DNA of 63,720 nt, the filler included, from Octopus bimaculoides (taxonomy: Eukaryota): NCBI RefSeq assembly GCF_001194135.2. It is 7 parts of 7 records of this genome, joined end to end, with 100 filler letters (N's around TTAATTAATTAA, not from the genome) between each part and the next. Parts side by side here need not be neighbours in the genome. Positions count along the whole stretch, not along the records: positions 39,410 to 56,542 come from NC_068982.1; positions 56,643 to 60,788 come from NW_026333458.1; positions 60,889 to 62,600 come from NW_026421013.1; positions 62,701 to 63,720 come from NW_026379032.1; 3 more parts are not named here. One strand, written 5' to 3'. The stretch's first letter is position 1. The number at the start of each line of letters is the position of its first letter. Shown piece by piece: positions 53,175 to 63,720 of the stretch. The notes under the pieces were generated by a model that was given only the letters and a program-made list of their open reading frames with translations, ran no database searches and was not told where the DNA came from. The position numbers and the translations under genes were made by a program.

Positions 53175-55831
53175 ATATAAACTAACAAAAACACTATGAA
53201 ACATTGCTTGGTTCATTGCCTAAACTGTATTCTGGACCATTCCTCCTTTTGAAAGAAAAGTAATCTTTTCTATTGAAGGCACAAGGCCTGAAATTTGGGG
53301 GAGGAGATTAGTCGATTATATAGACCCCAGTGCGTAACTGGTACTTAATTTATTGACCCCGAAAGGTTGAAAGGCAAATTCGACCTAGGTGGAATTTGAA
53401 CTCAGAACATAACGGCAGACAAAATACCGCTAAGCATTTTGCCCGGCGTGCTAACGTTTCTGCCAGCTCGTCACCTTTTGAAAGAAAAATAATGACTTAA
53501 AACTGGATTGTAACATAAAAGGACTTACATGTATAATATGAAGGTGCATGGGTGAGTGGTTAGGTGCATTGTATTTGTGATTGTAAGATCGAGGTTTCAA
53601 TTCTCAGGTTGGCTGTGTGTTGTATTATTGAACAAAACACTTCATTTCACATTGCTTTAGGCTGGTCAGCTGTAACTGAATAACCGTGTGACGGAGTGGC
53701 GTGCTGACCTAACCAGCAGAGTGGCATCATTCAAAAGCTATAACAATACAAAGTACATTGTGACCAACAACATATAACAACATCCAAATGCCTGGTCGAT
53801 ACTGTTATACTGTTAAATATAAAATGTAACAATGTCAAAAAAAAGAAAAAAAATGAATAAAAAGAAGTTTAGCAAAGTAAAGAAATAAAAAAAGAAAATT
53901 AAAAGAAATATAAACTTTAAAAAAATAAATTGAAAAACAAGTGAATAAAAATTAAAATAGCAATTTCACACACACAGAGGTTAAACTGCTTTTTTTATTA
54001 TTATTATCAGTTAACGAGTTAACTAATTAACTAATCGATTGCTTGACCAATTGTTTGATCACTCAATCAACTGGTTTGTCAGAGTCCTTTCATTGTTGTT
54101 TGTGACGTCATCAATGACATGCCTTCACCTGTTCCAGCCAATTGATTAGTCAAGTGACTGGTCGAGCAATCAATAAGTTGGATAATAATAATAATAACAA
54201 TAATAGGAGTGAAATATAACTAGTGCATGTGTTATTTAATGGCAGGATGACCCCTGGAAGGCATAACATCTGTTTCAACATATAATTTCGCATCAAGGAT
54301 CTTGGAAAACAAATATAAAAATAATACATATAAGTGTGTGTATGTGTGTTTGAGTGTGTGTGTATGCGTTTGTGTGTATGTGCGTATGAGAGAGAAAAGA
54401 GAGAGAGAGAGTTCAAAAATACAAATTAGAAGATTAAATCATTATAACAAAATAAGATGACTAGTAATGGTTTCAAATTTTGGCACAGGGCCAGCAATTT
54501 TTGAGTGGAGGGGAAGTTGATTACATCGATGCCAGTGCTTGACTGGTAATTATCTTATTGACCCCCAAAAGGATGAAAGGCAAATTGACCTTGGCGGAAT
54601 TTGAACACAGAATATAAAAATGGATGAAATGCTGTTAAGCATTTAGCTAAGCTTGCTGATGGTTCTGCCAGCCTTGATAAAATAAATAATAATAATAATC
54701 CTTTCTACTAAAGGCACAAAGCCTGAATTCTCGGTGGAGAGGATTAGGTGATTACATTGACCCCAGTATTTTACAGGTATCTAGTTTATCGACCCTGAAA
54801 GGGTGAAAGGCAAAGTCGACCTTGGCGGAATTTGTACTCAGATTGTAGCGACTGGCAAAATACCGCTAAGCATTCTAATGATTCTGCTAGTTCGCTGCCA
54901 TAATAATAATAGTAATCCTTTCTACTAAAGGCACAAGGCCTGAAATTTAAAGGGAGGGGACTAGTTGATTACATTGACCCCAGTATTTTACAGGTACTTA
55001 ATTTATTGACCCTGAAAGGATGAAAGGCAAAGTCAACCTCGGTTGAATTTGAACTCAGATTGTAGCAACAGGCGAAATATGGCTAAGCATTTCGTCTGGT
55101 GTGCTAACAATTCTGCCAGCTCACCACCTAAATAATAATAATAATATATAAAAGAAGCAGTGTATTTCGTTTTACATATCAGTGTTTCTTCTTATGATTT
55201 GGTTGTGTTGCAAACATGGTCGAATGCTGAAAATGTTCACAACATCGTCATGTGGTCCCAGGCACAGGACCAGTGTTCAACATTTGGGCAAGAATATCTT
55301 TTACCATCGTAAGATGCACTATGGATCTTATAGCAATTGGAAAGGTGTGACCCAACTCAAATAAGCATTAACAATTGTGTGACGTGAGGGTTAAGGGGAA
55401 ATGAAAGTGTCACCTCTGGAGTTTGCCAATGATCACTATGCGGATAGGTAATTGGACAGAATAAATTTGCAATCTATAAATCTCTTTGAATGACCAGTCA
55501 TTTATCTGAGAAGGCCTTGAAATCAATGTTACCATCTGGGGACTATCTCTGACCTAGTGATAATAAAAAGACTGAAAGGAGGTCTGCAACCAAATAACTT
55601 TACTCAACACTTTGCAACTGAATCAGTGGAGGCAAAGATGCCTCTCCTTTACTTGACAATTTTTGGACCACATTGCAGAAATCACAATCTAAGTATATCT
55701 CAAAGCAAAATCTTACACTATTGTACCATTGAATTACAAATAATGCTCATCTTGTATGCTCAGGTGACCCTACAGCTTCCAAGGGTACAACTGTATTCAT
55801 CTTGGCTTAGGCAAAATGACTAAATTGTGCT

Positions 55832-56355
55832 GGTTAAGTCCCCATTAAGGGGGTGTTATTAACTCCTAAGAAGTTGAAATTTTAGAAATATTACTTCATT
55901 GGTGTCTAATATCTTATGGTTAAAATTTCATCAACAGCAAAAATATATGAATTTTCATGGGGGTTATAGCCTCATTCATGCCCCCTCACTTTCAAAGATA
56001 TACTGCATTACATCTACCCTTATGCATAGAATATAATTTCCAAATTTCATAAAGATCCATTCAGTACTTTTGACCTAGTTTTGGATCATAAAAAATGACT
56101 AAAATTTGGGAGTTAAGGCCCCCATTAGAGGGTCTTAGAATCTTCATGAGAAGTGGAAACTTTGGGAATACTTCTTGAGTGTCAATTACGTATGGTTGAA
56201 ATTACATCAACATCGGAAATTTATGAATTTTCATGGGGGGTTCTGCCCCCTTTAAGCCACCTCAAATTCAAACCAAACAAACTGCATTATACCCGCCCTT
56301 ATGCATTGAATCTAAGTTCCAAATATGATAAGGATCCATTCAGTAATTTTGGTCC
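55832..56355. repeat. Diverged direct tandem duplication of an ~270-bp unit (Helitron/Helentron-type internal repeat)
   Basis: TTAAG.CCCCATTA..GGG, TGAATTTTCATGGGG, CTGCATTA...CCCTTATGCAT.GAAT and TAA.GATCCATTCAGTA.TTTTG each occur twice in the same order. Confidence 0.65.
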
Positions 56356-57379
56356 TTGAAATTGTATGAAACATACAGTATTATTCTTCTCCCTAGGCTT
56401 GGATTTTGTGTTCATAAAGACATTGACTTTTGTATAATAGATATAAATATGCACATATACATACATGTATATATGTGTGTTTATTATATATATATATATA
56501 TATATATACATACAAATAATTACAGAGGCATCAAGCTGTTAGNNNNNNNNNNNNNNNNNNNNNNNNNNNNNNNNNNNNNNNNNNNNTTAATTAATTAANN
56601 NNNNNNNNNNNNNNNNNNNNNNNNNNNNNNNNNNNNNNNNNNTTTTTTTTTTTTTTTTTTGTAAAAATAAATATTGCTTTATGTATAAAAATTCATTTCT
56701 TCAAACCGTTTTCTGAACTTCCTGTCTTTGATGTCCTGATGTAGTAACTAAGTTTGAACTTCCTGTATTTGGCGTCCTAACCAGCTATTAGCACACACAT
56801 CATTACAGTTGCACATATATCATTACAAACCAGCTATTTGCACATATATCATTACAGTTGTGATAATTTCTGATAAAGAATTTCAAAAGGTACTTTCATG
56901 TGAGAAAAAAAAAAACTTCATACGGAGATAGACGCCTTTTTCTTGATTTTCCAATACATATTTCGGACATTTTTTACATATTTCGGACAAGATACCTTTA
57001 ACACATAATATTCAATTGTGACGATTTCAGATAAAAAGAACTTCTAAAGGTACTTTCATCCAGTGTCGCCCTCTCTCGGGAATCTCAGACATTGATGTTT
57101 CGAGTTTTTTGACTCTTGTCAATGAGATATACCCAAGGGAGGCAACTCTGAACAAACTGAATAAAGCTTAGAGCTTTAAATATAATTCAGCCAATGCGTT
57201 GACAGTGTAAGAAACATCGTTCTTTTAGTCGGGTCACCAGTGTAAGAAATATCTTCTTCATTCAACCTTTAGGTTAAATAACTAATTCCTCACATCAAAC
57301 TTTAAGGAAAAATTTAAGAACGGATAACGCAGTCTCTAAACCAGAAACCTAACAATATTTATTCAAGGAGGAAAACAGG

Positions 57380-57730
57380 CATGGTTGCTGAGGCGCCGGA
57401 ATGTTGTTGTGAGCTGTCCCCAGAGTTGGAATGTTGGAGAGACAGCTTGATACGACCACGCTCATGTGAGAGAGCTCTGTTGGACCTGTGTTACCTCTTC
57501 GCCGGCCGGCGAGTTAAGAGAATGAAAAGAGCGGGGACGTTTAGATGTTGAATTCCACGCATGCGCATGGGACTCTTCCTGTGTTCCTTCCGGAACTATT
57601 CCCTGCGCATGCGTAGATGAAAACGCAGTAATGGCGACTATTTTGGCGCCAAATGACGTCACTACAACTGCTTTGCGCTAATAGGTCGCCCGATCGACAA
57701 AAATATCGCAGGAATGGCGCAAAGCAGTGT
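57380..57730. promoter_or_regulatory. CpG-rich housekeeping-type (possibly bidirectional) promoter with a minus-strand first-exon donor
   Basis: NRF1-type GCATGCGCA at 57558-57567 and TGCGCATGCG at 57604-57613; ETS TTCCGGAA at 57588-57595; YY1-like AATGGCG at 57630-57636; CRE TGACGTCA at 57654-57661. Minus-strand donor GAG|GTAACA at 57495/57494. CpG-dense against an AT-rich background. Confidence 0.65.
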
Positions 57731-59204
57731 TTACGTGTAATCACAATTTGGGTTAGTTGAAATGTATTTGTCACGTATTTCAATAGCTAAAGGCAAATAC
57801 ACTGCAAATACCGTGGAGAAAAAAATCTGGGTGTTTTCACACCTTTTTACCNNNNNNNNNNNNNNNNNNNNNNNNNNNNNNNNNNNNNNNNNNNNNNNNN
57901 NNNNNNNNNNNNNNNNNNNNNNNNNNNNNNNNNNNNNNNNNNNNNNNNNNNNNNNNNNNNNNNNNNNNNNNNNNNNNNNNNNNNNNNNNNNNNNNNNNNN
58001 NNNNNNNNNNNNNNNNNNNNNNNNNNNNNNNNNNNNNNNNNNNNNNNNNNNNNNNNNNNNNNNNNNNNNNNNNNNNNNNNNNNNNNNNNNNNNNNNNNNN
58101 NNNNNNNNNNNNNNNNNNNNNNNNNNNNNNNNNNNNNNNNNNNNNNNNNNNNNNNNNNNNNNNNNNNNNNNNNNNNNNNNNNNNNNNNNNNNNNNNNNNN
58201 NNNNNNNNNNNNNNNNNNNNNNNNNNNNNNNNNNNNNNNNNNNNNNNNNNNNNNNNNNNNNNNNNNNNNNNNNNNNNNNNNNNNNNNNNNNNNNNNNNNN
58301 NNNNNNNNNNNNNNNNNNNNNNNNNNNNNNNNNNNNNNNNNNNNNNNNNNNNNNNNNNNNNNNNNNNNNNNNNNNNNNNNNNNNNNNNNNNNNNNNNNNN
58401 NNNNNNNNNNNNNNNNNNNNNNNNNNNNNNNNNNNNNNNNNNNNNNNNNNNNNNNNNNNNNNNNNNNNNNNNNNNNNNNNNNNNNNNNNNNNNNNNNNNN
58501 NNNNNNNNNNNNNNNNNNNNNNNNNNNNNNNNNNNNNNNNNNNNNNNNNNNNNNNNNNNNNNNNNNNNNNNNNNNNNNNNNNNNNNNNNNNNNNNNNNNN
58601 NNNNNNNNNNNNNNNNNNNNNNNNNNNNNNNNNNNNNNNNNNNNNNNNNNNNNNNNNNNNNNNNNNNNNNNNNNNNNNNNNNNNNNNNNNNNNNNNNNNN
58701 NNNNNNNNNNNNNNNNNNNNACAAGAAATAATTTTTGTCTCTTTTTATATGGAGACAAAAGAGTTTATAAGACTGCAAAAAAGAAGTGGTCAAATTTAAT
58801 TGAGACAGAGAGAAAAAAAAAGCATTGATCAGAGAACAAACATCAAATTCGAGTCAACGACTTTATATATAACACCAAGCCTCCAGAAACAATTGATCAT
58901 ATATAAATATGGCTCTTAAACATATAAAGTATACACATATATAAAAAAAAACACAGGAGGTAAAAAAATATATATGTGAATGAAAATGCAGGTATATTGA
59001 ACGGCCTATCAAGAAGGTATATACAATTGACTAAAAATTCTAAAGCGTGTCATGTGACTAAACATAAATAAATTAAAATATCAATCAACCAAAGAAACTT
59101 TCTTACTCTCCTCAAACAAAAGAGTACGTCAAAAAAGTTTATTTCATAAAAACCATGGCAGGTTGGAGTCCAGGAGTATAAAAGAGTTCCACAAAAATCA
59201 AGTC

Positions 59205-59282
59205 AAACACATCGATGGCCATTTCGGGAGTTCACTGCCGCGGTTCGATTGCGGCAATGACCCCTTCATCAGGGTGAACAGG
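59205..59282 (-). ncRNA. Minimal type I hammerhead ribozyme candidate (Penelope/retrozyme type)
   Basis: Minus strand reads CUGAUGA-A-GGGGUCAUUGCCGC[loop]GCGGCAGUGAACUCC-C-GAAA-UGGCCA-UC. Stem II ~14 bp, palindromic stem III AUGGCCAU, AUC triplet. The 10.1/11.1 pair is A-C and stem I is degenerate. Confidence 0.5.
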
Positions 59283-59783
59283 AATCTCAACAAATTGTTC
59301 GTTCAAAGCCGCCTGGCTAATTAAAAGATAATTATTCATCGCAGGACCAGTTCAAATTTTATAACACACTAAAAAAAAAAAATTATTTCTTGCTAAATAT
59401 GCAGGTGGCTGCTAATAATAGGAATTGTTACTGTCCGGTTTCAAAACTCCGTAACACTAAATATTATTTAACACATCTAATTTTACCTCTAAATGGTAGA
59501 TTCTTGGCTGTTATTTCTAGCATCACGTGGATCCACCATTCAGGCAATATTTCTACACATGCTTCTTAATGTGTCCTTCAATCTTTCATGAAAATCAATG
59601 CAAAATATAGTGTGTTGAGCTGTTATTTCTAGCATATTGCCAGACCACTTGTAAGACTACATTTTATAGACGCTTCATCAAGTCTCCTATTTTTATATGA
59701 AAAACATTACAAAGTCGTTGTTTGCTGTTTCTCGAATGATGCGAGACAAAAGAGAGGTTAGGGTCTTACACAAAGGCTGAAAT

Positions 59784-59792
59784 GATTTGCAA

Positions 59793-59877
<85 letters not shown>

Positions 59878-60293
59878 TTAAAGGAAGAAAGAATTAAAAC
59901 AAAAAGGGAAGGAAAAGAGAAGCAAAGAAGGAAAGAAAGAAGGGAGGAAGGAAGGAAAAGAAGAAACGTGATTCTGTAATAAAGCAAGACATAAGAGAGA
60001 ATTGGGAAGGAAGGAAGGAAGGAAGGGAGGGAGGAAGAAAGAAGGAAGGAAGAAAGAAGAAAGAAGGAAGGAAGGAAGGAAGGAAGGGAGGAAAAGAAAT
60101 AAACAAACAGAAAGAAAAAAGAAAAGAAGGAAAGAAAGAGAAGAAAGAAAGAAAGAAGGAAGGAAATAATGAAAGAAAGAAAGATAGAAAGAAAGAAAGA
60201 AATAATGAAAGAAAGAAAGATAGAAAGAAAGAAATAAATAATGAAAGAAAGAAAGAAAGAAGTAATGAAAGAAAAGAAAGAAAGAAATAATGA

Positions 60294-60329
<36 letters not shown>

Positions 60330-60437
60330 AATAATGAAAGAAAGAAATAAAGAAAGAAAGAAATAATGAAAGAAAGAAAGAAAGAAAGAAATAATGAAAG
60401 AAAGAAAGAAATAATGAAAGAAAGAAAGAAATAATGA

Positions 60438-60473
<36 letters not shown>

Positions 60474-60725
60474 CAGAAATAATGAAAGAAAGAAAGAAAG
60501 AAAGACAGAAATAAAAAGGAAAGAAATAAACAAACAGAAAGAAAAGAAGGAAAGAAAGAAAGAGAAGAAAGAAAGGAATGAATGAATGAAGGAAGGAAGA
60601 AAATAATGAAAGAAAGAAATAAGAAAATAAAGAAAGAAAGATAGAAATAATGAAAGAAAGAAAGAAAGAAAGAAAGAAATCAAGAGATAAGGAAGGGGAT
60701 AAGGAAAGAAAGAAAGAAAGAATGA
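59784..60725. repeat. ~940-bp purine-rich tract: (GA)n, (GGAA)n, (GAAA)n punctuated by GAAATAAT
   Basis: Directly visible. Confidence 0.95.
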
Positions 60726-60956
60726 ATCATATATTCTTTTATTCTTTTACTTGTTTCAAGTCATTTGACTGTGGCCATGCTGGAGCACNNNNNNNNNNNN
60801 NNNNNNNNNNNNNNNNNNNNNNNNNNNNNNNNTTAATTAATTAANNNNNNNNNNNNNNNNNNNNNNNNNNNNNNNNNNNNNNNNNNNNCAGCAAAACAAA
60901 AGCAACATAAACGGCAATCCAAAAAGTAAGTTAGATATTTTCCTGATAATTTAATA

Positions 60957-62271
60957 ATGGTCGACTCAAATGTTAGAAAATGGGACCAGGTTTTTCAGGA
61001 CGCTATTCATGGAGCTATGCAGCTCCCACCACTCTGTGTAAAGATTATAAATACAACACAATTTTGGAGATTACGTAATATAAAACAATTAAGTTTGGTT
61101 AATTACGTTTATCCATCAGCTTCACATAATAGATTTGAGCATTGTCTAGGAACATGTTACCTAGCTGGGAAAATGGTTCGCCATCTTAAGCAGCAAAATC
61201 CCGATCTGGAAATATCTGATCGAGATATACTTTGTGTCGAAATTGCTGCTTTNNNNNNNNNNATCTGGAAATATCTGATCGAGATATACTTTGTGTCGAA
61301 ATTGCTGCTTTATGTCATGATTTAGGACATGCGCCTTTTTCTCATGTCTTTCAAGAAATTATCAACGAGTATCGAAACAAAAATGGAGGTGAAGAGTGGG
61401 AACATGAAGATGCATCATGTCAAATGTTAGAACATCTTCTTGAAGAGAACCCANNNNNNNNNNNNNNNNNNNNNNNNNNNNNNNNNNNNNNNNNNNNNNN
61501 TGGTAAATCAGAAAAATCTCAGAGACCAAAATTTCTTTACCAAATCGTCAACAATAAATCCTATAACATCGACGTTGATAAATGGGATTACCTGGCTAGA
61601 GATTCTCATTTTCTTGGTTTTGGAAAATCATTTGATCACGAGAGAATGATGAAAATGTCCAAAGTAATAGGTGATAAAATATGCTACAGAGACAAATGTC
61701 TTGATAATTTCTATGATATGTTTTATGCACGATATCGACAACATAAAACTGCTTGCAAACACAAAACTGCTCTTCTGTTTAATACACTGCTTGATAAAGT
61801 TTTCAACTCTGCCAATGAAGAACTCCAAATTTTCGAAAAGGTCGACGATATGAAGGAATTTACTTATTTAACAGATAATATTTTAGAGGAGATATCAAAG
61901 AATGAGGATAATGTAAGTCTCAGAGAGGCCCGGAATAAATTGAAGGATATAATCTATCGGTCTTATAAATACAAAGGAACAAACGAAGATGAAAATGACC
62001 AGGACGGAGAAGAGAGAATATTCTGTAAAGCCAATTTTGATTTTGGAGCTGGAGAAGGAAACCCATTAGAGAATATACCATTTTATAGAAAAGGTGAAAC
62101 CGAATCATTCACTTATAGTCAAGAACAACTANNNNNNNNNNTTATAGAAAAGGTGAAACCGAATCATTCACTTATAGTCAAGAACAACTAGATGAGAGGC
62201 TTTTGCTGCCAAGCAAATTTCGAATGGAAATCAGTCACTGTTTTGAAAAAAGCTGGAAGTCCAATGAGTAG
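60957..62271 (+). CDS. SAMHD1: SAMHD1-like HD-domain dNTP triphosphohydrolase, no SAM domain, apparently single-exon, ~398 aa
   Basis: Motifs DAIHG, QF.RLR.IKQL, HNRFEHCLG, CHDLGHAPFSH, WEHEDAS, IDVDKWDYLARD, FDHER, RDK, NPLENIPFYRK and LPSKF. In-frame TAA upstream at 60927; ataATGG start context. Removing two 49-nt overlap duplicates and counting the 47-N gap at face value gives 1197 nt in one frame, ending at TAG 62269-62271. Confidence 0.93.
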
Positions 62272-63720
62272 GAAACCTTAAGACCAATTAATGAAAACTA
62301 GGAAAGAAAAANNNNNNNNNNNNNNNNNAAAAAAAAAACAATAACAAGAAACAAATAAAAAATAACGAATCAAAGATAAAGCAGTGAAACATTGTGAGAA
62401 TTGAAATGTAACTTCGTAAAAGTTAAAAATGATGAAAATGTTGAAACCACTGAAAAATTCAAAGGTTAAAAATAGTAAAAACAATAATCTTAACGTAAAT
62501 TGAACGCTTTTTTATCTATTTGGAAATATTTGCATTTAATCTTGTAAAAGATTTCTTTTTAACATGTATTTTAACGTATTTTCTACTTTTAAAACATCAT
62601 NNNNNNNNNNNNNNNNNNNNNNNNNNNNNNNNNNNNNNNNNNNNTTAATTAATTAANNNNNNNNNNNNNNNNNNNNNNNNNNNNNNNNNNNNNNNNNNNN
62701 ACATATAGAAAAATTAATAATTAAAAGCACAATAAATGCGTATAATATAATACAAAGTAAATATCATAAGATGTCTTTATCTTATGATATTTACTTTGTA
62801 TTATATTATACTCATTTATTGTGCTTTTAATCATTAATTTTTCAAAATGTGACAGTGGATTTTCATCGATGAGTTCATGAACCTTGGTTCTTTTCCCTAA
62901 AACTATATATATATATACATGCACACACATACACATGTACACACACACGAAAATACATGCATACTAATAGAAAAGAGGAAGAGTGTATGAGAGAGAGAGA
63001 AAGAGATACACTACAATTTATTGGTTGAACATGATTGACAGAGACATTTTCCCTGTCCTTGTGCACATAAAGAGAAATATGGTCACACACATAAACAGAG
63101 GAGAGAGAGAGAGCGAAGAGAAAGAAGAGATAGTGTGAGAGGAGCATAGAAATGAAAGAAATATTGAAGTGTCTCATGTCAGATAAGTCAGTGTTGCCAA
63201 ATAAGAGGTGCTGAAATGACTGTGCCAAAAATAAGGATCTAGACTTTGTATGTGACAGATGTACAGGTGCAGTTGATAGTCAGAGCGTTAGTCAAAATAA
63301 CCTCCCAGAAAATTTCTGGCCTTGTCCTTAAGTTAACAATAATTATCAGTTACAAATATTATTGTTTTGTCTTCTTTTCCTTATCTAAATTTCTTTATCT
63401 TTGGCAAAAGAAAGATTATTGTATAATTTCCATAAGCAAGTGCCGCGAAAGTTCATGCCATTATCTATATTATTACGCATAGGTATTCTATCAGCCACAA
63501 TTTTTTCCTTTATCTAACTCACTTGTCAACTGCAATTCAAGTAATCAGCACTGGATGTTTCATTTGGCTGTGTGGTTAGGAGGTATGTTTTGGAACCAGG
63601 TAGATTTGGGTTTGATCTCACTATGTGGTAACTTGGAATGCTCCATTGAAATAGTCAATAGCTTCTGTTTCCTAGGTAACATAATGACTCATGGAGGAAG
63701 GGGGATCTGAAAGCATAGTT

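Noticed and set aside
55183-55308. Plus-strand exon candidate (126 nt, AG...GTAAGA), faintly lectin-like in one frame
   Set aside because: Two frames are open, no partner exons were found and no family was recognisable; it may be a transposon relic.
57762-58799. Long ORFs made of X runs (also at 1.0-1.4, 12.2-12.6, 20.0-20.5 and 22.7-23.2 kb)
   Set aside because: Artefacts of translating through N gaps.
59766-60683. 305-aa F/L/S-rich ORF
   Set aside because: Translation of the (TTTC)n microsatellite.
61204-61311. Apparent tandem duplication and frameshift in the SAMHD1-like gene (also 62083-62190)
   Set aside because: Both are identical 49-nt overlaps either side of a 10-N gap, typical of a k-mer assembly overlap; not evidence of pseudogenisation.

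Overview
AT-rich, microsatellite- and SINE-dense eukaryotic DNA with many assembly gaps. The SINE families look like those of an octopus (coleoid cephalopod); this is recognition by eye, not a database result. Three protein-coding loci are supported. (1) The last two coding exons of TMEM208 (+, 2469-4173). (2) A divergent FMN/Cappuccino-like formin on the minus strand, rebuilt by hand from 12 phase-compatible exon pieces (23856 down to 8432). Its FH2 keeps the GNYLN dimerisation motif, but the two canonical actin-contact residues are replaced (Ile->Leu, Lys->Phe), and an ~870-aa low-complexity tail follows. (3) An apparently intronless SAMHD1-like dNTP triphosphohydrolase (+, 60957-62271) with an intact catalytic core but substituted allosteric and base-contact residues, on a small contig of its own. 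The remainder holds tRNA-derived SINEs, R4/Dong-like RLE LINE fragments in (TAA)n or (CATA)n tracts, Tc1/mariner, hAT, TTAA-type and Helentron-like relics, two minimal hammerhead-ribozyme candidates, a 159-bp foldback and a CpG-rich housekeeping-type promoter at ~57.5 kb. Six 100-bp N-TTAATTAATTAA-N spacers are artificial joins, so adjacency across them is unproven.
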